From assembly GCF_902713615.1 (NCBI RefSeq), contig NC_052158.1, positions 17,976,546-18,040,545 of the forward strand: 64,000 bases of DNA, in the 5' to 3' direction. The stretch is from Scyliorhinus canicula. Lineage: Eukaryota. The notes under the pieces were generated by a model that worked only from the letters and a program-made list of their open reading frames with translations, searched no databases and was not told where the DNA came from. A program made the translations under genes and the position numbers. Below are positions 25,896 to 39,600 of this stretch, piece after piece. How positions within the stretch are numbered: position 1 is the first letter of the stretch; every line of letters starts with the position of its first letter.

Positions 25896-26240
25896 ACCCC
25901 CTTGTCCTGACTGAGATCTCGGAGGGGGGTGTAGTGCTGGAGGAGGAGAGCCCACCCCCTTGTCCTGACTGAGATCTCGGAGGGGGGTGTAGGGCTGGAG
26001 GAGAAGAGCCCACCCCCTTGTCCTGACTGAGATCTCGGAGTGGGGTGTAGGGCTGGAGGAGGAGAGCCCACCCCCTTGTCCTGACTGAGATCTCGGAGTG
26101 GGGTGTAGGGCTGGAGGAGGAGAGCCCACCCCCTTGTCCTGACTGAGATCTCGGAGGGGGTGTAGGGCTGGAGGAGGAGATCCCACCCCCTTGTCCTGGC
26201 TGAGATCTCGGAGGGGGGTGTAGGGCTGGAGGAAGTTACA
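25896..26240 (+). repeat. 58-bp minisatellite, about 6 units
   Basis: Same unit as the array at 8596. Confidence 0.9.
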
Positions 26241-27494
26241 GAGATACTGGCTGGGGGGGGGGGGAATGCCGTGTAGACATTTACGTTTGAGATATGTCTG
26301 GGTCAGAAGGCGATGACGGTCAGTGAGAATGGGGTCTTGGGAACGGGGAAGGTTAGGAGGATCATGGGGGGGGGGGGGGGGATGTGGTTGGTGATGGGTG
26401 TATGGGTCTTGGTGGAAGTTATGACTGTGGGCAGCAGAATTTGGATGATCTCACGCTTCCGTTTCGGGTTCCACGTTGAAAATAAATGAACGCACATCCA
26501 GACTCCCCCTTGACTGTTGTGCACAAAGCAGTGAGACAGTTAATGTTTCAATCCCATTCACAAATTGAAAAACGTGTCAACACTGTCCAAAAAATGTCAC
26601 AACAGGCTGGACACAGGGCGGTGACCGAGTTCCTACAATTTGGCTTCACCGAGGTCCTGTACTGGAGAGAGATCTTTATTCTCAGTGAATTGATGCTGAT
26701 CTGTGCTGGGTGAATGGAGCTGAGGGAATGGGGAGGAATTTCTTCAGACACTCTGTCCCTGAGCTTCCACAGTTCCTGGGCTGAGGGAAGGGGTGATGTC
26801 CCATCACCGTCTGTACACGTCTCGTCATTCACTCCTGTTTTTCTCACAGTAACAGCTTCCCAATCATGTTCCCATCCTATCCCTTCATTCCCTTTGTACT
26901 CAGGAATATATCGCTCTCTGTGTTGAATATACTCACTGACATCTCATCGAGAGAGAGGATTCCAAAGATTCACAACTCTCTCTGAGGGAAGGAATTTTTC
27001 CTCATCTCAGTCTTAAATGGACGACCCCTTATCCTGATTCTGTGACCCCCTCGTTCTAGACCAGTCTCAGCATCTACCCTGTCAGGGTCTCTGAGAATTG
27101 TATTTGTTTCAATAGGATCATCTCTTATTCTTCTGAACTTCAAAGAATATAGAGCCATCCAACTCAATCCTTCCTCATTTCGGAAAACCCTTTCATTGCA
27201 AGAATCAATTCCGTGAACCTTCATTGCTCCCTCTAAGGTAAGTATATGTTTCCTCAGGTAAGGAGACTGAAACTGTCCACAGTCCTCCAGCTGTGTCCAC
27301 ACTCAATCCCTGTTACATTGCAGCGAGACTTATTCTCTTATACTTCAACCCCATTGTAATAAAGGCTAAGATACCATTAACCTCCCTAATTGTTCACTGT
27401 ATCTGCTTGTTAACTTTCTCTGCTTCATGGATACACAAATCCCTCTGATTCCCAACATTTACAAGTCTCTCATCTTTTAAAAATATCCTGAGAT

Positions 27495-30400
27495 CCTCAT
27501 GTCAAAGTGGCTGAATTGACAGAAGCTGTTGGTATTGAGCTCCGGCAGTCTGTGGCACCATTCAGTTAGCTCATAACTGATCCATATCCGAAATGTAGAC
27601 CAGAACGTCACGTGATGGGAGCGTGCCAAAATTCCCTGGATGTGGGAGTCATTGCCGAGCATCCCAAACAGACTGTGATGGCTGGCCACTGGGCCTGAAC
27701 ACTGCCGGAGGCAACACCAGACACACAGCAGCCGAGATCTGAACACCCAGGGGATGGGTCCCAGCACCGGGGACATGTCCACGGCCGGAGGGTGGGTGAG
27801 TTCGATGGGGAAGGGACCAGCACCCGGTCCAGGTACAGTTATGTGCAGGAGTCAGGGGTACAGGTCTGGGGTCCGTTGAGGGGGGGCCCGTTGGGCTCGA
27901 TCGGGATGTGTGGATTCTCACAGGCCACAGCCGACATGTCCATCTGACAGGTCACGGGAGCCCTGTTTGCCCAGGAGGAAAACTACCTCAAGTTTGACAA
28001 GGACCCAGCCGATCAAAATGCCCAGGCAGCAGGATTCTCCGCTGTCGCCGGGATGCCTCAGGTCCAGGGGCTGATAGACTGCACGGATGTCGCCTTGCGC
28101 GCACCAGGCCAGCTGGGAGTGCCCTACATCAACAGGAAGAGGTTCCACTCCCTGAACGTGGAACTCGTGTCTGATCACCACATGCAGATCATGCACGTGT
28201 CTGCACGCTTCCCAAGGAGTGTGCACGACAGCCACATCCTGGGGCAGTCAGACGTCCCCGGCCTATTTGAGGACCACCCCAGGATGGCGGCTGGCTCTTG
28301 GGGATCATGGGTACCCGCTGAGGACCTGGCTAATGACACCAGTATGGAGACCCGGTACAACGAGGCTAATGTGGCCACTCGAGCTGCAATGGAGTGGTCC
28401 ATCGGACTGCTTCAATGCCCTCCCGATGCCTCGGCCGGTCTGGTGGTGCCCTGCACACCCCCTGGAGGGTCACCCGCTTTGTGGGGTCTGATGTGTTCTC
28501 CACAACCTGACACAGGAGCAGGGTGAAGGTAGGGGATGAGGAACCTGTGGCCAACTCCGAGGTGGAGGTGACAAGGACGAGGGTGATGAGGAGGCGCTGG
28601 ACCAGCAGGGGCTGGAGGACCAGCCGGAGGCTGCAGGACAGGCAGCAGCGGCCAGGATCCGGCCAGCCTGGAGGGCCCAGGAAGGCCCAAATACCCACTT
28701 CACACAGGGTGTGGCTTCTTTCATCATCGCAACCTTCCTCCCATTTCTCACCCTCCCAGGGTATCACATCAGGGTGCTGGAGCTGTGTCGGCACCGTCAG
28801 CGGCTCACTGTCGAGGACAGAAGGTGATGATAACCCACAGAGAGCTGAGCGTTGGTGTTCCTCAGTGTAGTCTGACCCCCGGCCTCTCTGCTGAGTGCTC
28901 GCCCAGACCCATCACCTGCACGCGGGGTTGGTGTGTATGGTGGAGGGCGGGGGGTGGGGGGGGGGGGGGGGGCTGTTGGTGCATGTCTGGAGAGTTGGGC
29001 CAAGGGTTCGGAGGTCACCCACATTCGGAGGAAAGTGATAGAGGTGTTATACTGGTTGTGGTGAGGGGTTTTTAATGTTTCACAGGCGTCCAACAGTGCC
29101 CAACTCTCCCGATGGTACCGCCCCACGTCTCGTCTCGGATATTCGGTACCGCGTCTCGGATATTCCCATCTGAGAGTGGGACATGACCCGCAAAACTTCA
29201 TCACGTTCAGTTTGATATTGGATCACATCCCACAGCAAGGCAGACATATTGCTGAAGCCCTCAGCCATGACCGTTACAAACTGCGTGATGCCTTGGACAC
29301 CTTCATTACTGAAGCTGACGTTGTGCACCAGGCTCTCCACTGCGGTCGCCACCCTAGCAGTGTTGGCCTCAGTGCCACGCATTACCGGCGACATCTTCTG
29401 CGACCATAGCCTCTGGTACTCCTCCAATTGGCTATGGTCCTGCTGGAGAGTCGCTGACATCTCCCTCTGAATGTCTCGAACGTTCCCCAACATCTCCATC
29501 AGCTCCGGGATGGCCTGGTCATAGACTCAGCATCAGGCTGGGAACCAGCTGGGTCCTGGGATCCATCAGACCTCAGGCTGCTGTCTCTCCTGATGGACAT
29601 CAGCAGCTGTGTGATGCTCACCACATTGTGCCCCAGAGGCCTGACCGCTAACGTTGCCCAGCGAGGTGTGTGTTTCTGCGCTGGTAGAGGGTGGGGATGA
29701 CAGTGTGCCGCGTCGATTGTGGCATCCACGGAGCTGCTCTCCTAGATGGTCTCATGGGAGGCAGGGGACCGGACCACCCCAGATGGCAGGGTACTGTCGG
29801 CTGGAGGACCTGTGGGAGAATGGACACGTGGTCAATGGGAGGGATGGAGGACCTGTGGGAGAATGGACACGTGGTCAATGGGAGGGTTGGAGGTCCTGAG
29901 GGAGAATGGACACGTGGTCAATGGGAGGGATGGAGGACCTGAGGGAGAATGGGCACGTGGTCAATGGGAGGGTTGGAGGACCTGTGGGAGAATGGACACG
30001 TGGTCAATGGGAGGGATGGAGGACCTGAGGGAGAATGGACACGTGGTCAATGGGAGGGTTGGAGGACCTGTGGGAGAATGGACACGTGGTCAATGGGAGG
30101 GATGGAGGACCTGAGGGAGAATGGGCACGTGGTCAATGGGAGTGAGGGGTCAGCATGTGTGTCAGGGCATCGTCAGGCATACGTGTGGCCCACAGTAGTT
30201 GGGGGGAGCTGGAAAGAAAGGGAGATGGGGGTGAAGGGTGGGGGGTTGAAGGGAGGGTTGCGGTGATAGATGCTCGCTTGGGGGCGGAAGGATCTTGGGA
30301 AGGGGGGGGGGTAGGGGTAGTGTCCACTCACCCGTGCTGCCCAGTGTAGATCATTGACCTTCTTGCGGCACTGGAGGCCAGTCCTCCTGGTCACGCTTCC

Positions 30401-30861
30401 CGAGCTGACAACCACTGCCACTTCATCCCAGGCAGCAGTGGCTGCCCTGTGCCTCACCCTCCGGGAGTCTTGGGGAAACAGGACATCCCTTCTGGCCTTG
30501 ACTCCAGCCAGGAACCTCCCCAGGTCCGAGTCTCCAAGCCTTGGGGCCGGACGACTCAGCAGCATGGCTGCCAGCTGAGTGGGGTTGGCTGTACGAGATG
30601 TTTAAGTGCTGCTCAACCTTGTTAGCGGGTGGGGGGGGGGGGAGGGGTGGGGGGGGGGGTGGGGGGGGGGGGGTGGCTGATGAGCGCGGTCCCGGTGAAT
30701 CGGCTGGCGATCCTTCATTTGCGTTGTGAAGTCCGTTAGGTCCTCGTTAAGTGGATCAATTAACGTTGTATTGCGTTTCCAGCCTCGCCAGGCTAGATGC
30801 CAGGAAGCTCGCAGCAGTTCCCGCTCGCTACCACACTCGGAAACCTCCAGAGAATCACACC
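27495..30861. mobile_element. Decayed PIF/Harbinger transposon (duplicate of 12500-16381) retaining the Myb/SANT N-terminus and right TIR
   Basis: Transposase motifs at 28053-28400. Minus-strand ORF 30173-30565 PAPRLGDSDL...AWDEVA...QCRKKVNDL. End agaatcacaccc resembles the MITE TIR. Confidence 0.85.
29803..30140 (+). repeat. 43-bp minisatellite, about 8 units
   Basis: Same unit as the array at 15361. Confidence 0.95.
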
Positions 30862-31238
30862 CTTTGTTTCACAGAATCAGACAGTGCAGAACAGGCCATT
30901 CAGCCCATCAAGTCTGTGCTGACATGTGGAGAAAAGCCCTGCCCGACCGACCTAATCCCATTACCAGTACGTGACCCATAGCAATGAATATTATGACGTG
31001 CCAAGGGCTCACCCAGCTGCTTCTTACAGGATGTGAGGCAACCCGCCTCTACCACCCTCCCTGGCAGTGCATTCCAGACCGTCACCACCCTCTGGGTACT
31101 CACATCTCCTCTAAACCTCCTGCCCCTCACCTTCAACTTGTGTTCCCTCGTGTCTGACCGTTAAACTGAGGGACCAGCTGTTCCCTACCCACCCTGCCCA
31201 TGCCCCTCATAATCAGTCAGAGCTGACAGCAAATGACA

Positions 31239-31670
31239 TTTATTTTGTTTTAAACATTTTATTAGGGTATTTATAGTTTTTATTATAATAACAATAACAA
31301 CAACATGAACAGAGTATATTAGACATTTCCATCCTTGACACCTCCGGACGAACCCGAACATTGACCCTCTTAGGGCGAACTTTATTTTCTCCAGACTGAG
31401 AAACCCAGCCATGTCGCTAACCCAGGTCTCTGCACTCGGAGGCTTCCAGTCCCTCCACATCAACTGTATCCGTCTCCAAGCTACCAGGGAGGCAAAGGCT
31501 AAAATGTCAGCCTCTCTCGCACCTGGACTCCCGGCTCTCCAACACTCCAAAGATCGCCATCTCTGGACTCGGCACCACCATTGTTTTAAGTACCGTGGAC
31601 ATGACATCAGCGAAACCTTGGCAAAAGCTTCTAAGCTTCAGGCATGCCCAAAACATGTGGACATGATTTG

Positions 31671-31705
<35 letters not shown>

Positions 31706-34514
31706 CTCGCCTCACAACCTGTCCTCTATCCCAAAAAACCTGTTCATCTGGGCCACTCTCCTGTGTGCCCGTTGGACTACCTTAAATTGTATCAGGCTGA
31801 GTCTGGCACATGATCAGGATGTTAACCCGACCTAAGGCATCCGCCCACAGCCCCGCCTCTATCTCTCCCCCTAGCTCATCTTCCCACCTGCCCTTTAGCT
31901 CCTCTATCTGAATTTCCTCCAACTCCATAAGCTCTTTGTAAATATCCGATACCTTCCCCTCTCCCTCCCCCATTCTGGAAACTACCCTGTCCTATATCCC
32001 ACGTGGTGCAGGAGCGGGAAGGTCGGAACCTGCCTTCTCAAAAAATCCCATACCTGCAGATACCTAAAACCATTCCCTGCTGGCAGTTCAAATTTCTCCT
32101 CCAAATCCTTCAAACAGGGGAAGCTCCCATCTATAAATAAATCTCCCATCCTCTCAATCCCTGCTCTCTGCCATTTCCCGAAACCTTCCATCTAGCCTTC
32201 CCGGTACAAACCGATGGTTATTGTAAATCGGGGCCCAGACCGATGCTCCCTCCGCTCTCCTATATTTCCTTCACTGCTCCCAGACTCTCAGGGCCGCCAC
32301 CACCACCGGGCTTGTGGAGTACCGGGGCCGGTGAGAACGGCAGAGGTGCTGTAATCAGTGCCCCCAGATTTGTGTCCTTGCATGATGCCGCCTCTACACT
32401 CACTCCCACACCGAACCCCTACCCCAGTACCCACTTCCTAATCATGGCTATATTTGCCACCCAGTAGTAGTTACAGACGTTCGGCCGTGCCAACCTACCC
32501 TCCACCCGACTACACTCCAGCAACACTTTCTTCACTCGTGGGGGTTTACCCGCCCACACAAAGCCCGAAATCACCCTATTTATAAAGCTGGGGAGACACT
32601 GAAAAACAAACAGAAATCTGGGGAGGACCGTCATTTTTACGGTCTGTCCCCTCCCCGCCAGTGACAGCGGGAGCATGTCCCATCTCCCAAAGTCCTCCTT
32701 CATCTGCTCCACAAACCGGGACAAGTTTAACTTGTGCAGTGTCTCCCATTCCCGAGCCACCTGGATTCCCAGATAGCGAAAGCTCCTTCCCACCATTCTA
32801 AACGGCAGCTCTCGCAGTCTCCTCTCCTGCCCCCGCGACTGAATCGCGAACATCTCACTTTTCCCCATATTCAATTTCTACCCCGAAAACCGACGTAAAT
32901 CCCCGAGGATCCGCATAATCTCCCCCATCCCCCCTAACGGGTCAGAAATATACAGGAGCAGGTCGTCCACATAAAGCGAGATTCAGTGTTCCCCCCAACA
33001 CAGACCAGCCCATTCCAGTTCCTAGAAGCTCTTAACGCCTTTGCCAATGGCTCTATGGCCAGAGGGAGAGGTCACACCCTTGCCTTGTCCCCCGGTGCAG
33101 CTTAAAATAGCCCGACATCAGCCGATTCGTTCGCACGCTTACTACTGGTGCCTGATACAGCAACCGCACCCAATCAATGAAGCCCTGTCCAAACCCAAAC
33201 CTTCCTAACACCTTCCACTCCACCCGGTCAAAGGCCATCTCCACGTCCATTGCAACCACCATCTCCATTTCGCCCCCCCCCCCCCCCCCCCCCCCACTCT
33301 GAGGGCATCATGATAACGTTTAGGAGCCTTCCAACATTGGCCCAGAGTTGCCTGCCCTTCACAAACCCCATCTCTTCTTCCCCGATCAGCTCCGGAACAC
33401 AGTCCTCTATCCTTGTGGCCAAAATTGTAGCCAGCAGTTTGGCGTCCACATTCAATAGGGAGATTGGCCTGTATGACCTGCAGAGCTCAGGGTCCTTCTC
33501 CCACTTTAGAATCAATGAGATCGAGGCCGGTGACATTGTTGGGGAAAGGGCACCTCGCTCCCTTGCCTCATTAAATGTCCTCACCAGCAGCAGGCCCAAC
33601 ATCTCCGAGAACTTCTTTTAAAATTTCAGTGGGTAGCCATCCAGGCCCGGGGCCTCACCCGACTGCATGCCCTCCAGCCCGTCCATTATTTCCTCAATTT
33701 CAATTGGGGCCCCCAACCCTTCCACCAATCCTTCCACCATCTTCAGGAACTTTAACTGACCCAGGTACTGCCTCATCCCCTCCAACCCAGCCGGGGGTTC
33801 CGACTCACATAACTTGCTATAAAACTCCTTAAACACCTCACTCACCCCCACTGGGTCCAGAACCCCATTCCCACCTCTGTCCATTACTCTCCCTATCTCC
33901 CTGGCCTCCTCCCTTTTCCTCAGCTGCCGTGCTAGCATCCTCCTGGCCTTCTCCCCATAATCACATACCGCCCCCCTCGCCTCCTGCTATTGCTGCAATG
34001 CCTTCCCTGTAGATAACAGGCCAAACTCCATCTGTAGCCTCTGCCGCTCCCTCAGTAACCCCACCTCTGGAACCCCCGAATATCTCTTATCCACCTGGAG
34101 TATTTCCCCAACCAACCTATCCCTCTGTGCTCGTTCCGCCTTTTCTCATTGGGCTGATATCGAGATTAGCTCCCCCCTAACCACTGCCTTCAGAGCTTCG
34201 CACTCCGTTGCTGCCGAGACGTCCCCCCGTGTCATTTATTTCCAAATAGTTCTGGATAGACTTGCTCACCCGCCCACACACCCCCTCATCTGCTAATAGT
34301 CCCACATACAACCTCCATAACGGGCGCTGCCCTCTCTCTTTACTCACCCGTAAATCCACCCAAAGTGAGGCATGGTCCGACACAGCGATCGGCAAATACT
34401 CGGTATCAACCACCCCCGCCAGTAACGCCGTGCTCAGGTAGTCGATCCGAGAATATACTTTGTGGACATGGGAGAAAAAAGAAAACTCCTTCACTCTTGG
34501 CCGTCCAAACCTCC
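31239..34514 (-). mobile_element. 5'-truncated L1-clade LINE (decayed ORF2: EN C-terminus, RT, C-terminal region, A-rich tail)
   Basis: FSFFSHVHKVYSRIDY and SDH (APE endonuclease); YRPISLLNVDAK, AFDRVEW, RGTRQGC, LYVDDLLL, FRYLGI (RT). AATAAA and A-rich 3' end near 31239-31295. Absent at the paralogous site near 17045. Confidence 0.92.
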
Positions 34515-34547
34515 GTGTGACGGACAAATGATTGTCCATCATTTGTG

Positions 34548-35413
34548 GACACTGGGGGCAGGAAACATCTCCCGGGACCTTCTGCCAACTCTGGGAGATG
34601 CAGGAGCTGCAGAAATGATGTCCACATTCCAGAGACACCGGATTGGGTGAATATCTCCAGACAGATGGGACAGGTTAGTTCCTGTGTGAGATCTGGAGAT
34701 GCCATCTCAGTGCCCAGAGTCTCTCTCTCCTTCCCTGTTCCAGCTCTTTCACTTTCAATTCCTGTTCAGTTCTGCACTTCCTGGATTTCACTTCACGTGA
34801 TCAGTGACACACTCAGTGTCAGCAACTTTGGAATTAAATCAAACTGACCCCGTTATTGTGTCTGGAGCCTTTTTTACTTTTATAAATTCAGCTTTCTCAC
34901 ATTATTTCTCTTCTCTCTCTACAAACCTACCCCTTGAAAACTCTCTCTCCCCTTTCCCCACCTCCCTCAACTCCCCCGTGTGAGGAACTCAGCAATGGCT
35001 TTCTTAGTTACAATCCAGACCATCCTTACAGCTGTTTCTGTTACTAACCTCCTGCCCCCCAACCCACTGACCAAACATCCCCCCTTCACCCCCACATCTT
35101 TCTCTAGTTTCTCTCCTCACCCTCCCCCCAAGTCCTTTCCAAATCTATCTCATCCCTGAGCCCCTCCTTATCCTCTCTCCACCCTGTCACCATCTGACCC
35201 TCATTCTGACAAAAAACATCTTTTTGAACATGTCCACCCCCATTTCCAACCTCCCCCTTCTCCAAATTCCTGGAGAGTCTCCCTCTCTCCCTCCCAAATC
35301 CGGGCCCATCTTTTCCCCCCTCAATCCTGCCGGAACCTCTCTGATCAGCTTCTGGACAGGAAGATGGAAAGTTGCTGCAGAGTTTAGGTAACACACACAC
35401 ACAGACACCCAGA
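34548..35413 (-). pseudogene. Inverted promoter and RING half of TRIM copy 3 exon 1
   Basis: Minus-strand ATG at 34705, [20 protein letters not shown], +1 frameshift near 34642, RING continues to CPQC at 34548. The upstream region matches that of copy 5. Confidence 0.9.
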
Positions 35414-36334
35414 GGAACGTCAGGCCCGCTCGGACCCTGAGTAACGTCGTGGAGAAGTTCAGAGAGGTGAAGGTGACACAGCCACAGGAGGAGTTTTACT
35501 GTCAGGATCACGAGGAGAAGCTGAAACTCTTCTGTGAAGATGAACACAAAGCGATCTGTGTGGTGTGTGGGATGTCCAGAGCTCATAAGACGCACAGTGT
35601 GATCCCAATAAAGGAGGCAGCCCAGATATACAAGGTACTGGATCACTGCTCCTGGCACAGGTAGATGGGGAAGAGGGGCAGGGTGTAAGTCACAGAGAGA
35701 GAGAGTGTTTGTAGAATGTGGGGAGGGGAAGAGAGGGCAGGAGAGACCGGGATAGGGAAGGGGAGAGGGATGTTGAAAGAGGAGAGGGTTGGAGCGAGTA
35801 GAGGATTGATTGAGGAGGGGAATTAACCTTGAGGAGGATAACTGCAATAAACAGAATTAACCCACAGCTTCTACTTTGTTTATTGAGTGTAATCAATCCT
35901 GAGAATATCTCCTTCTCTACCTCACTGGCCTCACTCTATTTAAACCCTCCAGAAGGTGACAATGATTGTTTCCTTTGACAAACCCATTTGTGTCCTTTCT
36001 GTCTCAGAACAAGTTAGAAACATCATTGGAAACTCTGCAGAAGCAAATGGACCTCAGTCTTCACAGTAAAAGAGAACGAGAGGATGGGATTTTCCACATG
36101 AAGGTAGGAGAGTGTCCTTTAGGCTTTGTGTAAACTTCCCTGTGTTTGTTATTGAGAGTGAGTGAGCTTCTCACACAGTCAGAGAGAGAGTTTTACTGAA
36201 TAAAATGCTGCTGCTCCAAAGTACATTGCGGGCTGCTCCCTGAACTGCAATATAAATTTCAGATTATGATAACAATGTGAAAGTGTCTTAATTTCTCTCT
36301 CAAGCCAATCCCATCGATTGATGTAATAAATCAT

Positions 36335-36670
36335 GTCTTTAACTCATTCCCGGGGATCTATTATTCTATATATAAACCATCTGAGCCCCTCGATTAGAGT
36401 CCAGTCTGTAACTCACTCCCAGGTATCCATTATTCTATATATAAACCATCTGAACCCCTCGATTCGATTCCAGTCTGTAACTCACTCCCAGGTATCCATT
36501 ATTCTATATATAAACCATCTGAACCCTTCGATTAGAGTCCAGTCTGTAACTCACTCCCAGGTATCCATTATTCTATATATAAACCATCTGAACCCCTCGA
36601 TTATATTCCAGTCTGTAACTCACTCCCAGGTATCCATTCTGAATTCCACAATTAGATTCCACTCAGTCAC
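36335..36670 (+). repeat. 69-bp minisatellite, about 4-5 units (copy 3 intron 2)
   Basis: Same 69-bp unit. Confidence 0.9.
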
Positions 36671-39600
36671 TCAGCCCTTGATGTCTATTATTTCATAATT
36701 AACTACTGGAATCACTTTATAATGTTTGTTTGCAACTCACTCCCACATACCCAATATTTCATCAAACTGTTCAGCCGGCAGTGAGCTGTTATTATTAGTT
36801 ATTCTTATTGGATATAAATTTTTATCCTATATCCCAGTGGAGAGAGACCAGGGACACTGGGATAATAAACATTGTTTATTCCGTTCTGTCTTCAATCTGC
36901 TCCAGGCTGAAGTTGACAGACTGAGAAATGAAATCAACAGTGAATTTGAAAAGATGCACAAGTTCCTGTTTGAGAAGGAGGAGCTGATGAAAGCAGAGTT
37001 GGAGAGAAAAAGCAATAAAATATTCGAGGAAATGGAGAAGAATTTAACCAAAACCATGGATGAAATGTCTTCTCTTGAAGGAGCAATAAGAGATCTTAAA
37101 TCGAGGCTGGAGGTACAACTGGCCCCAGAGTTCCTCAAGGTACAAAATCTTTGTCTTGTCCAGTGAAACATTCCAGAGACTGAGGGTGGGCACTCTGACC
37201 TTTAACCTCTGGGTTTGGTTTAGGCCTCAATCTGATTGGTTGGATGATTGTCTCTTTGTGCTGTCAGTAAGGGTCCAATGGGAAATGAGGTGAGATAATC
37301 TCAGTGTGATTCCTATACACAGCGTAACCACGGCACTGATTGATGATTGGACTCCGAGAGAGCTGGGCTGGGAACTGGAGATGTTTACACTGCTGCAGAT
37401 GGAGTTCTACTGAGATCTGCTGAGGACGGGTTAAAGTGCATTATTGCAGGGGAGATGGAGCTATGGTTAGAGAGATAACTGAGGGTAGAACGCCCAGCTG
37501 GACAACAGTGGAGGGGCGATGGAGGAGGATGGCGTGATCGACCGTGTCAAAGGCTGCAGACTGATCGAGAATAATGAGGAGGGAAAGTTTGTAAGGATGG
37601 GTTTTTTGGGGAGAGGGGTGAAGATGTAGATTTAAATGAGAGAGAGGGACAACAGCTGAAGAGATGAAACAGTTTCCAATCCCAGCTAACATGGGGACCA
37701 GGAGGGGAGGTTGGGAGATGAGTAGTTTTTGGGAATAGGATGGAGGGGACAGGAAGTGGGTCTCATGGACAAGATGAGCCCCGAGAGGGAATGAAAGGAA
37801 AAAGTAAAAGTTATTTTCTAACTGAAATCTTGGTCTCTCAATTTGTACTCGAGATTTACAACAAGAACTCTTTAATCTGACTCGATCATATCTATTCTGT
37901 TTCTTTCCCATCAGGATATTCAAGAGCTGTTGATGAGGTAAACAGATAAAAAGAAACAGTTTTGTGATGTGATCACTGCTGTCTCTCTAACACACACTGA
38001 TTTCCAGACCTGTTTTTACAGGAGTCAGATGGAGTTTCACAAGCCTGGAACTGTCTCCACTCAGTTACCTGTGGCTATCGCTGGTGAACCAGTCAAATAC
38101 ATCAAAGTGTGGAGGGAAATGAGAGCAGTGATTTCACCAGGTATCATTCTCTGTATATTACTGTCTCCCTGCTGTTATCCACGTGATTAATGAGGTTTGA
38201 CACACTGATGAAATGATCAGAAGATCAGAAGGAATAAGAACAGGAGTGGTCCAGCCCAGTGAACCTGCTCTGAGTTTTGATCAGATCATGTCTGATCTGA
38301 TTGGGGCCTTTACTCCACTTTCCTGCCTGTCGCAGATGACCCTTAACCCCCCTGTTAATCAACAATCTATGGAACTTGGTCTGTCTTCAATAGAGGCCCC
38401 TTCATGTAATGCTGTGTCACCTACACCTCGATTGGCCCGGAGATCAAACATCCTCCCAGCATCTACCCTGGTGAAGGAATCCCCTCAGAATGTCATGTTT
38501 CAATAAGATAACCTCTTATTCTTCTAAACTCCAGTGAGTATAGACCCAACAAGCTCACCTTTCCTCATCCCAGGAATCAGCCAGTGAACCTTCTCTGAAC
38601 TCTGTCCAATGAGAGTCTCTCCCTCCTGATGTAAGGAGATCAGATCTGAACACAGTACTCAAGCTGCAGTCTCACCAATCCCCTGTAAAGTTGGAGCAAG
38701 TCTTCCCCACTTTACACTCCTTCCCTTTTCCAATAAAGGCCAACATTCCATTTCTTTCCCACATTCCTTGCTGCACCTGGACACTAGCTTTTAGTGATTG
38801 ATGTACAAGGTCCCCCAGATCCCTCTGTACTGCAGCATTCTGCTGTCTCTTTCTATTGAAATAATTTGCTGCTTTTCTATTCTTCCTGCCAAGGTGGGCG
38901 AACCTCCCATTTTCCCACATTATACTCCATCTGGTAAATCTTTGTCCACTCACTTAACCGGTCTATATCCCGCAGACACTTTGTATCCTCCTCACAACTT
39001 CCCAACCTCACTTTGTGGCATCAGAAAATTTGGCTCCAGCATATTCGATTTCTTCATCCAATCAGGAATATTGATCATAAATAGTTGTATCCCCATCACT
39101 GATCAATAATCTTGGGGATTTGCAAAGATTACAACCAATGCATCCACTTTCTCTCCAGCCCCTCCTTTAAAATCCTGGGATTACGGACATCAGGTCCAGG
39201 GGACAAGTTGCCTTTAATCCCGTTAGTTTTGCAGATATTTTTTCTCTGGTGATCATGATTGTTCAAAATGTATCCCTCCCTTTTCCCTCCTGCTTTTCCC
39301 CAACACTGGATGACCCCAGGTGTTGTTCTCTGTATATTGTTGGGTATTTTTCTTTCCCCAGGTTATAAGAAAACATTTGTTTAACGATATTTTGACATTT
39401 CTGAGGGACATTGCCAGACCTCAGCACAGAGCACCGATTGGTCCCCACATGCCCCGTTGCTAAGACTGATACACTTCCCCTCACTCCGTACACCAGTCAC
39501 CATGACTACACTCTGTCCCCTTCTGTGGCCAAGAACAGGAACGCCCAACTTAGGCAGACATCACCTTCTGTCTCTCCCTCAGCACTTTGCCTTGCTGTGA

